From Candidatus Hadarchaeales archaeon (GTDB lineage: Archaea > Hadarchaeota > Hadarchaeia > Hadarchaeales > WYZ-LMO6): a stretch of DNA of 64,000 bases. Each line of letters starts with the position of its first letter. The first letter of the stretch is position 1. Both the position numbers and the translations under genes were made by a program. A model generated the notes under the pieces. It ran no database searches and was not told the DNA's origin. It worked only from the letters and a program-made list of their open reading frames with translations. Location of the stretch: positions 1 through 64,000 of the forward strand of contig JAWCKR010000004.1 of assembly GCA_038851755.1 (NCBI GenBank). The letters are read 5' to 3'. Of this stretch, positions 1 to 8,690 are shown in pieces.

Positions 1-1255
1 AGCTCTCCCAGGCCAGGTTGGCCCTCCAGGTTTGCCGGTTGACCAGGGTGGAGTGCAGGTCGTACAGCACCGCCACCTTGGCCACCCTCTCCAGGTTCTC
101 GTAGTACTGGGGGTGCTCGGCGAAGAAACGGGTGTAGGGGGAGATCCTGTCGGCCGGGAGGGTGTAGGACCCCCCTCCGTGGGTGTAGGCCCGGTAGGGG
201 AGGAGGAAGGAAGCGCCGCAGGAGCGCGCTTCGGCCAACCAGCACCTCCACAGCCACCACTCCTCCTCGGAGAGCTCCGCCAGGTCGAACACGTCGGGGA
301 ACCCCGTGAAGGGCTTATCGGGTGCTGCGGCCTCCCCCAGCAGGTAGGTGGTGAGGTGCTTGCCCGGGAGGGGAAGGGTGAAGGAGCCGGTGGGCGAGGT
401 GATGGGCATCTCGAAGATCACGAAGTCCAGGTAGGGCAGGTAGATCAGCTGGTTGGGATTCAGCCCGTAAAGGTTCCCGCTCATGAGCACCTCCCTGCCG
501 GCCGTTCGCCTGGTGTGGATCACCAGCTCCCTGATGAACCCCGCTCTGGCCAGGTGCTTGGCCTTCAGGTACTCCAGCTGGAGCAGCGGGTTGGGGTCCC
601 CCCAGTAGTCGGTCGCCCCGTGCTCCAGCAGGTAGAGCCTGTAGTTGAAGGAGAGGAGGTTCTCTATCCCGAAGAGGGAGCTGAGCTGCTCCGGCGTGTA
701 CTTCGTCGCCAGGTAGAGGTTGAAGACCATCATGCACCAGTCGCAGAATCCACCCGTGTCTCCTATTTCGTCGATCAGGATGGCATCCACTCCCCCCTGC
801 ACGTGCTCCTCGAACCTCTCCATCAGGAACTCCCTCCAGAGCGGGTGGTTGCCGCACATGGCGCACTGCTCCGTCCCCAGGAAGCGGAGGGGCCGGCCGT
901 AGATGTCCCTCTCGCAGGCCTCCTCCTTCAGCCGCTCGTTGTCGGTCGTGTTGGACTGTACGGTGGGAGGGCCGGAGCAGACCACGAAACCGTTGCGGTG
1001 CAGTTTGTTCACGTATTCCCTGTCATCCTCGTTGACCCCCGCGAAGTACACTGACCAGGTCGTTCCCGTGGCCCCCACCTCCCGCAGGTACTCCAGGGGG
1101 GGTTGCCCGAACACCCACACGTTCCCCTTCTTCAGCCAGTCGCGGGTGAAGGTGTAGGAGAACTCCTCCTTTCCCCCTCTCTCCCAGGGGCGGAGGGAAA
1201 GTACAGCGACCAAGAGGAGCACCGCGACCAGTGCCGCCAGCAAGGCCTTCCTCAA
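1..1255 (-). CDS. Membrane-anchored or secreted glycoside hydrolase-like (TIM-barrel, GH42/GHL-like) protein, 3' end outside the window
   Basis: Absent from the ORF track because it runs off the edge. Manual translation from TTG 1255 is open to position 1: hydrophobic N-terminus (RKALLAALVAVLLLVAVL), then CGNHPLWREFL..GVDAILIDE..GFCDWC and KVAVLYD. Confidence 0.6.
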   Translation of the reverse strand, partial: MRKALLAALVAVLLLVAVLSLRPWERGGKEEFSYTFTRDWLKKGNVWVFGQPPLEYLREVGATGTTWSVYFAGVNEDDREYVNKLHRNGFVVCSGPPTVQSNTTDNERLKEEACERDIYGRPLRFLGTEQCAMCGNHPLWREFLMERFEEHVQGGVDAILIDEIGDTGGFCDWCMMVFNLYLATKYTPEQLSSLFGIENLLSFNYRLYLLEHGATDYWGDPNPLLQLEYLKAKHLARAGFIRELVIHTRRTAGREVLMSGNLYGLNPNQLIYLPYLDFVIFEMPITSPTGSFTLPLPGKHLTTYLLGEAAAPDKPFTGFPDVFDLAELSEEEWWLWRCWLAEARSCGASFLLPYRAYTHGGGSYTLPADRISPYTRFFAEHPQYYENLERVAKVAVLYDLHSTLVNRQTWRANLAWES

Positions 1256-1345
1256 GGTCCCAATACCCCCTCGGGAGGTTACTATTAAAATTCACGCGGT
1301 AGGCAGCCTCGGAAATTTTATAGAGGGATAAACAAAAGAAAAACG

Positions 1346-2605
1346 GTGCCGACGGCCGACGACTTCACCAGGCCGGTGGAATGGATTCCGGATGTGGCCC
1401 AGCAGTTCGCCCAAATGATCAGGGACTTCGGGGAGAGGAGGTACCGTCCCCTCAGGAGGAAGATCGACGAGGACTGGAGGGAGCACAAGATCGTGGAGCC
1501 CCTCCTGAAGGAGGTGCTGGTGGATTTGGGGATGAGCAAGGCCCTCTGGCCGGAGGAGTACGGTGGCCTGGGCCTCCCCAGGGAGGTCCTGGGGACCATG
1601 ACGGCGGTGATGAGCGAGGAGCTGGGGAGGCTGGACTCGGGCTTCGCCGTCTCCGTGCTGGTCTCCATGTGGCCCATGGTGATGATCGCGGTGGAGCCCC
1701 ACAGGAACCAGAGGCTGATAGAGGAGTTCGCCCCGAAGTTCTGCGGAGAGGAACTCTATGTGGGGTGCAACGCCATGACGGAGCCCCAGGGGGGTTCGGA
1801 CATAGAGAACCTCGAGGCCATGAAGGGGAGGACCATCAGGACCACCGCCAGGCTGGAGGGGGACGAGTGGGTGATCAGGGGGCACAAGATCTGGCCCACC
1901 AACTCGGGGAAGATAGCAGACCTCTTCGGGGTGGTCTGCACCACCAACCCTTCGGCGGGAGAGGAGGGAATGGCCTACATCTACGTTCCCGCCGATGCCG
2001 AGGGGGTGAAGGTGGGGGAGCCCTACCAGAAGGCGGGAATGGCCGCTGACATGAACACGGACATCTGGTTCGAGGACGTGAGGGTCCCGGCATACTACAG
2101 GGCCCACGGTCCCGGTCTTGACGCCAAGTACTTCAGGGAGCTCATCACCATAGCCAACATCGCCACGGCGGGTTTCTCCGTGGGAGTGATCAAGGACACC
2201 TACGAGATCCTGAAGAGGTGGGTGGACGAGAGGGTGGTGGCCGGCAAGCCGCTGAAGGAGCACTCCATAAGCGCGGTCAATCTGAGCGAGATTGCCACCG
2301 CCGCGGAGATCTGCACCCACTCCCTGTACATGGCGGCCAGGATGTACGACCACCCGGAGGTCTACGGCGAGCCGTGGTCGGAGAAGATCGTGGCGAAGAC
2401 CAGGGCGGTCTCCCTCTTCTGCAGCGACCAGGCCGTGCACTGCACCAACAGGGCCATGGAGCTCATGGGCTCCTACGGCTACTCCAGGGAGTTCGACGTG
2501 GAGAAGCACTGGAGGGACTCTAAGATGCTCACCCTCTGGATGGGTGGAAGACAGCTGGACATGATAGAGATCACCAGGTACTTCTTCGACTGCCAGACCC
2601 TCTGA
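1346..2605 (+). CDS. Acyl-CoA dehydrogenase
   Basis: PEEYGGLG, AMTEPQGGSD, GHKIWPTNSG, ELMGSYGYSREFDVEKHWRD motifs. Confidence 0.93.
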   Translation: MPTADDFTRPVEWIPDVAQQFAQMIRDFGERRYRPLRRKIDEDWREHKIVEPLLKEVLVDLGMSKALWPEEYGGLGLPREVLGTMTAVMSEELGRLDSGFAVSVLVSMWPMVMIAVEPHRNQRLIEEFAPKFCGEELYVGCNAMTEPQGGSDIENLEAMKGRTIRTTARLEGDEWVIRGHKIWPTNSGKIADLFGVVCTTNPSAGEEGMAYIYVPADAEGVKVGEPYQKAGMAADMNTDIWFEDVRVPAYYRAHGPGLDAKYFRELITIANIATAGFSVGVIKDTYEILKRWVDERVVAGKPLKEHSISAVNLSEIATAAEICTHSLYMAARMYDHPEVYGEPWSEKIVAKTRAVSLFCSDQAVHCTNRAMELMGSYGYSREFDVEKHWRDSKMLTLWMGGRQLDMIEITRYFFDCQTL

Positions 2606-2644
2606 GGGAAAAGAGAAAAGGGCCGCACCGGAGCGGGAGAGACC

Positions 2645-2824
2645 TCAGTAGGTCTCTTCGTCTTCCCCGCCTTCCCACTCCTCTTCCCAGGCCTCGCCTT
2701 CAGCCTCGGGGGCGGCCTCGGGAGCAGCCTCGGGCTGGGGTTCTGGCCGGGGTTCGGGTTTGGGCGAGGGCTTCGGCGCGGGTTTCTTTTTCTTCTTGGG
2801 TTTCGACCTCTTGCACTTTGGCAT
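2645..2824 (-). CDS. Small low-complexity protein (59 aa): Lys-rich N-terminus, Pro-rich hinge, acidic tail
   Basis: ATG 2824 gives MPKCKRSKPKKKKKPAPKPSPKPEPRPEPQPEAAPEAAPEAEGEAWEEEWEGGEDEETY; TTTTAAA box about 25 nt upstream; fills an otherwise empty gap. Confidence 0.6.
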   Translation of the reverse strand: MPKCKRSKPKKKKKPAPKPSPKPEPRPEPQPEAAPEAAPEAEGEAWEEEWEGGEDEETY

Positions 2825-2958
2825 TAAAAAAGAGACGGAAAAATGGTTTAAAAGTCTACCGCTTGTCAAGGGAAAGGAGGGATTTTCGGTTTACAAACCT
2901 TTTCCCATCCCTGCGACGGGTGGCCTCTCGCAGGGTCTCAGGTGGGGGTTTGAACTCC

Positions 2959-3354
2959 CTATCGTCGTTTTCTGAGGACCTCCACCCTCCCCCGGTTGGC
3001 ATCCACCTCCACCAGGTCCCCCGTCTCCAGCAGGTTCAAGTCCACCTTGTCCACGCAGGGGATGTCGGCCAGGATGACCCCGGCGGCCACGATGGGCTCG
3101 GTCTCCTCGTTCACCACCGCCAGCGGGGCCGCCCCGTTCCTCTTCAGGGCGTAGATCACGTAGGACCCCACGGTGGATCCCTTCCCCCTGGGGAAGACCA
3201 GGATCTTCCCCTTCACGGACTTCCCCTCCAGCTCGTGCCCCCTCTCCACCACCACCCCGCTCTTCGGGTCCACCCCCCCGTAGAAGCTCAGGGGGGAACG
3301 CGAGACCAGGGCCTCCCCCACGGCCTTCCCCGGATTCACCGTTCTCCCCCTCAT
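2959..3354 (-). CDS. Aconitase X swivel subunit (DUF126); phosphomevalonate dehydratase small subunit
   Basis: LSFYGGVDP, FPRGKGSTVGSY; overlaps the stop of the large subunit (ATGA). Confidence 0.9.
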   Translation of the reverse strand: MRGRTVNPGKAVGEALVSRSPLSFYGGVDPKSGVVVERGHELEGKSVKGKILVFPRGKGSTVGSYVIYALKRNGAAPLAVVNEETEPIVAAGVILADIPCVDKVDLNLLETGDLVEVDANRGRVEVLRKRR

Positions 3355-4535
3355 CCCTTTCCCCCCAGGAGCTTTTCGGGAGGGGAGAAGACCACCTTCA
3401 CTCCGCACAGGCCCGGGAGGTAGTGAGCGGCCTTAGCCGAGTCCACCCCCACCGTCTTGAGGCCCAGCCTCTCCAGCGGGGAGACCACGGCGCAGGTGTC
3501 GGCCACCAGCCTCCCCCCCGCCTCCTCCGCCCTCCTCCGCAGCCCGGAGCGGGTGGCCTCCTCCTTGACCTTCCTGCTGGTGCAGATCCACACGGGCTTT
3601 CGGTTTTTGCCCTTCTCCAGGAGGGAGACTGCACGGGAAACCTCCTCCGCGGAGGCGTGGGGACATCCCAGCACCACCAGCTCCGGTTCCTCTCCGGTGG
3701 TCAGGAACTCGTAGGATCTCCTCACCTCCTCCCTCCCGGCCTTCACCCTCTCCAGCCCCCTGGCCTTCTCTGGATCGGCTTCGGGAGTGATCCCCTCCAC
3801 GTGGAAGAGGGCCACGGCCCCGGAGGCGGCCATGGCGGCCCCGAGCGCCTTCAGCTCGTCGGGCCCCGCTTTCTTTATCCCCCTGAAGTACGGTATCCCT
3901 CCCCCCACCTCCTTGCCTACCCAGTACCCGAGGGCGCCGAAGTCCGAGGGTCCCTCCAGCTCCCCCTCCACCTCCACCAGGAGGGTGGGTTCCCTGTTCT
4001 CCTCCAGGTGCAGGCCGTACCTGGGGGTGAGCCCGCAGATGGCCGCGGCCAGGGCGGAGGGTCCCCCCTCCCTGTTCGTCCTGGCTCCCAGCACCGAGTT
4101 CGAGAAGGCCACGGCCGAGGACTCGGACCAGGCCAGGTGCTCCCCCCTCGAGGGGACCAACCCTGCAAGGTAGGGGGTGCAGGTGACGGTGAGCTCCGCC
4201 CCCAGCCTCCCGAAGGCCTCCAGGATCCTGAGCTGCTTCTCCGCGAAGTCCTCCGGGAAGCCCAGCTCCCTCCACTCCTCCCGGTCCAGACCCGCCGGGT
4301 TCAGGGTGGTCCTCACCCTCACCCTCGCTCCTTTCCCCGCCAGGTCCTCCAGGAACTCCAGGCCCGGGTCGCCCACCGACTTGTAGGAGACTCCCGAGAC
4401 CTGGCAGGAGGAGACGGGGATCATCCTGTCCGCCCCGTACAGGTCCCCCAGGCGGACGAGGAGGCGGAACATCCTCTCCACCACCTCCCCCTCCTCCCCC
4501 TCCAGCATCCTCTCCTCGTCCCTGCTCAGGTACAC
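3351..4535 (-). CDS. Aconitase X catalytic subunit (DUF521); phosphomevalonate dehydratase large subunit
   Basis: TCTPY, WSESSA, GARTNREG, GCPH, DTC, DSAKAAHY motifs. Confidence 0.92.
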   Translation of the reverse strand: MYLSRDEERMLEGEEGEVVERMFRLLVRLGDLYGADRMIPVSSCQVSGVSYKSVGDPGLEFLEDLAGKGARVRVRTTLNPAGLDREEWRELGFPEDFAEKQLRILEAFGRLGAELTVTCTPYLAGLVPSRGEHLAWSESSAVAFSNSVLGARTNREGGPSALAAAICGLTPRYGLHLEENREPTLLVEVEGELEGPSDFGALGYWVGKEVGGGIPYFRGIKKAGPDELKALGAAMAASGAVALFHVEGITPEADPEKARGLERVKAGREEVRRSYEFLTTGEEPELVVLGCPHASAEEVSRAVSLLEKGKNRKPVWICTSRKVKEEATRSGLRRRAEEAGGRLVADTCAVVSPLERLGLKTVGVDSAKAAHYLPGLCGVKVVFSPPEKLLGGKG

Positions 4536-4539
4536 TCCC

Positions 4540-5790
4540 TCACCCCCTGGGAGGAGGGGGACGGAGGAAGGAGGAACGCGGGCGGTCGGAGGGAATGGTG
4601 AGGTCGAAGCCCACCTTCGTGGTGAGACCCGTCTCGGGGTCGGCGGAGGGATCCAGCGAGGAACCCCTCTCCCTCTTCACCACCATCCCCCTGTCCCCCT
4701 GGAAGCGCGTAGCCATGGCCCACTCCACCTCCTGCGGGTTCCTGGGGTCCACATCTTCGTCCACCACCCACACGTGTTTGAGGGAGGTGTGCCCCCTGAA
4801 GGCCGCCTCTATGGCCCTCTTTCCGTCCTCGGGCCCCCTCTTCTTTATGCTCACCACCGCGTGGAGCCAGGAGCATCCTCCCGGTGTGATGTGAACATCC
4901 CTGCACTCGCACACCCTGCTCACCTCCCGGAAGATGGTGGGCTCCCGGGGCATGCCCATCAGGATTTTGTGCTCCGGTCCCCCGGGGAGGATGGCGTGGT
5001 AGAGGGCCCCCTCCCTCGCGAAGAGCCTTTTCACCCTGGCCACCTTCTGCCTCCTCACCAGGTCCGGGGTTCCCGTCAGGTCCAGGAAGGGTCCCTCCTC
5101 CCTCTCCTCTTCCGTCATCTCCATGATCATCACCATCTCCGCTTCGGGTACCAGGTGTCCTCCCAGCTCCACCACCCTCGTCCTGCGGAGGGCGCTGGCC
5201 ATCCCGAGTTCGCTCCTCCCCAGCTCCAGGGAGGTGGCGGCGGCGAGGAGGACGTGCACGTCGCATCCTATGCACACGGCGAACTCCTTCAGTCCCCTTT
5301 CCAGGAAGGTGTGGAAGTGGCGGGGGAGGATCCTCACCACCACCCTGTCCTTCCCCACCACCATCATCCTGTGGAAGGACAGGTTGAGGCCCAGCTCCGG
5401 GTCCCTGGCCACCACCACTCCCCCCGTGAGGTACTTACCCCCGTCGAAGGGGTAGTGGAGGAGGATGGGGAGCTTCCTCAGGTCAGGAGGAAGTTCCCTG
5501 TACCCCCAGGCCTTTGCTCTCTCGGGCTCCCTCGGATGCTCTATGGCTCTAAGGAGGGTGCGCAGCAGGTGCTGGGGCTTGACCCCCAGGGCCATGGCCA
5601 CCAGCTCCCTGGAGGCGCACACGTTGGAGACCAAGGGGAAGGAGGAGCCCTTCACCCTCTCGAACTTCACGGGTTTCTCCCCGGCCTTCAGCAGCAGCGA
5701 GGTGATCTCGTACCTTGGATTCACCTCCCGTTTAACCTTGAGGAGCATTCCCCTCTTCTCCAGCTCCTTCACGAACCCGCCGAGGCTCAT
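4540..5790 (-). CDS. UbiD-family prFMN decarboxylase, probable trans-anhydromevalonate phosphate decarboxylase
   Basis: SFHRM, EGPF, VVDEDVDP, EWAMATRFQ, GSSLDPS; lies between AcnX and UbiX. Confidence 0.88.
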   Translation of the reverse strand: MSLGGFVKELEKRGMLLKVKREVNPRYEITSLLLKAGEKPVKFERVKGSSFPLVSNVCASRELVAMALGVKPQHLLRTLLRAIEHPREPERAKAWGYRELPPDLRKLPILLHYPFDGGKYLTGGVVVARDPELGLNLSFHRMMVVGKDRVVVRILPRHFHTFLERGLKEFAVCIGCDVHVLLAAATSLELGRSELGMASALRRTRVVELGGHLVPEAEMVMIMEMTEEEREEGPFLDLTGTPDLVRRQKVARVKRLFAREGALYHAILPGGPEHKILMGMPREPTIFREVSRVCECRDVHITPGGCSWLHAVVSIKKRGPEDGKRAIEAAFRGHTSLKHVWVVDEDVDPRNPQEVEWAMATRFQGDRGMVVKRERGSSLDPSADPETGLTTKVGFDLTIPSDRPRSSFLRPPPPRG

Positions 5791-6344
5791 CCTTCCCCCC
5801 ACCTGTGGTAAAGATGGTGCTCCACCCCAAGAACGTCCAGGATCTTGCCCACCACGAAGTCCACCAGATCGCCTATGTTCCTGGGCCCGTGGTAGAAGGC
5901 CGGGCAGGCGGGAAGGACCACCGCACCGGCCCTCTTCACCCTCACCAGGTTCTCCAGGTGGATGAGGCTGAGGGGGGTCTCGCGAGGCACCAGCACGAGG
6001 GGTTTTCCCTGCTTGAGCATGACATCGGCCGCCCTAGTGATGAGGTTGCTTGCCACCCCGTTCGCCACACAGGCCAGGGTCTTCATGCTGCAGGGAACGA
6101 TGACCATCCCGTCCACATGATAGGAGCCGCTGGAGAGGGGCGAGGTGAGCTCGTCCTCCTCGTAGTTCCTGGTGGCCAGCTTCTCCACCTCCTCGGGCTC
6201 CTTCCCGGTTTCCACCCTCAGGATTTTTTTTCCAGCCTCCGAGAGGATGAGGTCGGTCTCCACCTTCAGGTCCCTGCACACCTCTAAAAAGCGCACTCCG
6301 TAGAGGATCCCGCTGGAACCCGTGAGGGCCACGATGAGGTGCAT
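5787..6344 (-). CDS. ubiX: Flavin prenyltransferase UbiX
   Basis: ALTGSSG, SSGS, PCSMKTL, RAADV, PRETPL, PAFY. Confidence 0.95.
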   Translation of the reverse strand: MHLIVALTGSSGILYGVRFLEVCRDLKVETDLILSEAGKKILRVETGKEPEEVEKLATRNYEEDELTSPLSSGSYHVDGMVIVPCSMKTLACVANGVASNLITRAADVMLKQGKPLVLVPRETPLSLIHLENLVRVKRAGAVVLPACPAFYHGPRNIGDLVDFVVGKILDVLGVEHHLYHRWGEG

Positions 6345-6397
6345 CCCTCCCTCTCTGGCAGGGAGAGAGTTAAAAACTGCCTGGGGAAGGAGGGAAG

Positions 6398-6637
6398 GTG
6401 AGGCCTGAGGGGCTGCTGCTGGCCGGCTTCCTGCTCCTGGTGGTGGGCATCCTCCTCCTCACCCTGGGGATGTGGGGGATGGTGGAGAGGGGAAGGGTGG
6501 AGGGAGGAGGGGTGGTGGTGATAGGTCCCTTCCCCATAGCCTTCGGCACCAGCGAGACCATCGCCAAGGCGATGGCGGCCGTGGGTCTGGCGCTCGCCCT
6601 CCTCTTCGTCTTCCTGATGCTGAGGTGGGTGGGTTAA
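6398..6637 (+). CDS. TIGR00304/DUF131-type small membrane protein
   Basis: Two TM helices flanking GGGVVVIGPFPIAFGT. Confidence 0.8.
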   Translation: MRPEGLLLAGFLLLVVGILLLTLGMWGMVERGRVEGGGVVVIGPFPIAFGTSETIAKAMAAVGLALALLFVFLMLRWVG

Positions 6638-6677
6638 AAGTTTTTAGAGGGGGAAGAGGGAGGGAAAGGGTGGAAAG

Positions 6678-6902
6678 GTGGGCCTTCTGAAGTTCGGCAA
6701 GAAAAAATATGAGAAGTGGAACGAGGAGCGCGTGCTCTCGGAGATGAAGGAGTGGACCCGCAAGCACGGAAGGGCGCCCAGGGCGCGGGAGGTCTCACCC
6801 TCCCTGGTGAGCGCGGCGGTCAGGCACTTCGGCTCCTGGGCGAAGGCCAAGCGCAGGGCCGGTCTCACCGTCTACCCCCCCGGAAGGAAGAAGAAGGAAT
6901 AG
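6678..6902 (+). CDS. Small basic protein with one homing-endonuclease-associated repeat (HNH_repeat-like)
   Basis: W..E.VL..MKE...KHGRAP...RHFGSWAKAKRRAGL resembles the 'GRxP...RxFGSWxxAxxxAGL' repeat pattern. Confidence 0.65.
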   Translation: MGLLKFGKKKYEKWNEERVLSEMKEWTRKHGRAPRAREVSPSLVSAAVRHFGSWAKAKRRAGLTVYPPGRKKKE

Positions 6903-6958
6903 CGACTCCCTGCGCCCCCTGAAAGTGGGATAAATACGCGCGAGGAGAAGGGGTCTGG

Positions 6959-7474
6959 ATGGACGTATACTCTGCCATAAGGGAGCGCAGGAGCGTGAGG
7001 GCCTACCGTCCCGATCCCGTCCCGGAGGAGGCCCTGAGGAGGATGCTGGAGGCGGCCAGACTGGCCCCCTCCGCCAAGAACCTGCAGCCCTGGAAGCTGG
7101 TGGTGGTGAGGGACCCGGAGCGCAGGAAGAAGCTGGCGGAGGCCGCCCACGGGCAGAGCTTCGTGGCGGAGGCTCCGGTGGTGATCGCGGCCGTGGCCCT
7201 GGACCCCGAGAGGGTGATGAGGTGCGGAGTCCCCTCCTACGCCGTGGACGTGGCCATCGTGGTGGACCACCTCACCCTGGCGGCCGTGCAGGAGGGCCTG
7301 GGGACGTGCTGGATCGGGTCCTTCTCCCAGGAGGAGGCCAGGAAGGTCCTGGGAGTGCCGGAGAAGTACATGGTGGTGGCCCTCCTCCCCGTGGGCTACC
7401 CGGCCGACGAGCCTCTGCCCAAGTGGAGGAAGGAACTGGACGAGCTCGTCTGTCACGAGGTCTTCAGGGAGTAG
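6959..7474 (+). CDS. Nitroreductase family protein
   Basis: RRSVRAY, APSAKNLQPW, GLGTCWIG. Confidence 0.93.
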   Translation: MDVYSAIRERRSVRAYRPDPVPEEALRRMLEAARLAPSAKNLQPWKLVVVRDPERRKKLAEAAHGQSFVAEAPVVIAAVALDPERVMRCGVPSYAVDVAIVVDHLTLAAVQEGLGTCWIGSFSQEEARKVLGVPEKYMVVALLPVGYPADEPLPKWRKELDELVCHEVFRE

Positions 7475-8234
7475 CGCGCCTGGTTCTTCCGACGGGGCAG
7501 GCCTTCACGCATTCGAAGCAGTGGTAAAAGGTGCCCAGCGTGGTGGTCTGCCAGAGGTTCAGGAAGACCGGGTCAAAGGTGAGCTGGCTTCTCTCCTCGG
7601 CCCCCTTGCCCGCCAGCTCGGAGAGGAAGGCCGCCGCCCCCGGGGGACCGTACCTCAGGAGGTTGATGGCGCACCTGAACACGTCCACCTTCCTCCCCTC
7701 CTCCACGGCGCCCACGGGACAGGCCTTCATGCACCTCCCGCACCTCCTGCAGATACCTTCCACCCTCTTCCCCTCTGACCGCAGGGGGGCCTCCGTCAGG
7801 ACGCCCCCTATCCTGACCCTGGGCCCGAACCTATCCGTCACCAGCAGCCGGCTCAGGCCCAGCTCCCCGAGCCCCGCCGCCACGGCCGCGTGACGCAGAG
7901 AGAACTCCCCCCTCAGGCCGAACTTTCCCTCCCCCATATCCAGCGGGAGGGCCAGGGGCACGGAGAGGGAGGGAAAGCCCCGATCCTCTAGGAGGCGAAC
8001 GAGCTCTCTCCCTATCAGCCCCAGCTTCTGGTAGGTGCAGTAGGTGTCATACTGGGCCATCCTGACGTTGCTGGAGAGGGCCCCCTCAGCCTGTCCGCAG
8101 AGGAAGACCACGCAGGAGGAGGCGCTGGGCAGGAGAGTGGGCTCGTAGCCCTCCACCTCCTTCACCGAGCATATCCCCACGAGGTCAGCCCCAAGCCCCA
8201 GGGCGCGCTCCTTCACCTCCTCCTCCAGACCCAT
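7464..8234 (-). CDS. QueG / reductive-dehalogenase-like cobalamin and 2x[4Fe-4S] protein
   Basis: Start at ATG 8234 (MGLEEEVKERALGLGADLVG); SLRHAAVAAGLG, FGPRVR, CxxCxxCxxxCP and CxxCxxxCP. Confidence 0.8.
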   Translation of the reverse strand: MGLEEEVKERALGLGADLVGICSVKEVEGYEPTLLPSASSCVVFLCGQAEGALSSNVRMAQYDTYCTYQKLGLIGRELVRLLEDRGFPSLSVPLALPLDMGEGKFGLRGEFSLRHAAVAAGLGELGLSRLLVTDRFGPRVRIGGVLTEAPLRSEGKRVEGICRRCGRCMKACPVGAVEEGRKVDVFRCAINLLRYGPPGAAAFLSELAGKGAEERSQLTFDPVFLNLWQTTTLGTFYHCFECVKACPVGRTRRATP

Positions 8235-8300
8235 CGGACACGCTGGGGGGATGAAAGATTTAATTTTTATTCGGCACGCTCGAGTGCTGCGGGTGGGGAG

Positions 8301-8663
8301 ATGGCGCTGGAGGAGATCTGGGCGAAGATTCCCTCGATGGAGTGCGAGGAGGGGTGCAACGAGTGCTGCCTGTGGCCCAGCCGGACTCCCCTGGAGGAGG
8401 AGAGGCTGCGCAGGTGGCTGAGGGAGAGGGGAAGGGAGGAGAGGGTGGGAAAGGCTGGGGAGAGATGTCCTTACGCGGAGGAGGGGAGGTGCTCCATCTG
8501 GCCCGTGCGCTTCCTCCCGTGCAGGCTCTTCGGGGTGGTGGAGACGGTGAAGTGCCCGAAGGGGAGGGGGCCCGCGAGGTTCCTCACCGAGGAGGAGGCC
8601 GTGGCCCTCATCCTGGAGCTGGACGAGGAGAACCGGCGCTTCCTGCAGAGCAAAAGGGTTTAA
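8301..8663 (+). CDS. YkgJ-family cysteine cluster protein (CxxCxxCC type)
   Basis: CEEGCNECC...CPY..GRCSIW.VR..PCRLF. Confidence 0.8.
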   Translation: MALEEIWAKIPSMECEEGCNECCLWPSRTPLEEERLRRWLRERGREERVGKAGERCPYAEEGRCSIWPVRFLPCRLFGVVETVKCPKGRGPARFLTEEEAVALILELDEENRRFLQSKRV

Positions 8664-8690
8664 CCGGAGTGGAAGAGGGTGGGGGAGAGG

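Noticed and set aside
32-1054. 340-aa plus-strand ORF, and many similar long ORFs (e.g. 12630-15098, 34226-36532, 60394-62163)
   Set aside because: Antisense or alternate-frame shadows of real genes caused by GC-rich codon bias; no motifs.
1095-1180. Possible frameshifts at homopolymer runs in the first gene
   Set aside because: Base counting shows the frame stays open (WERGGKEEF, FGQPPLEY).
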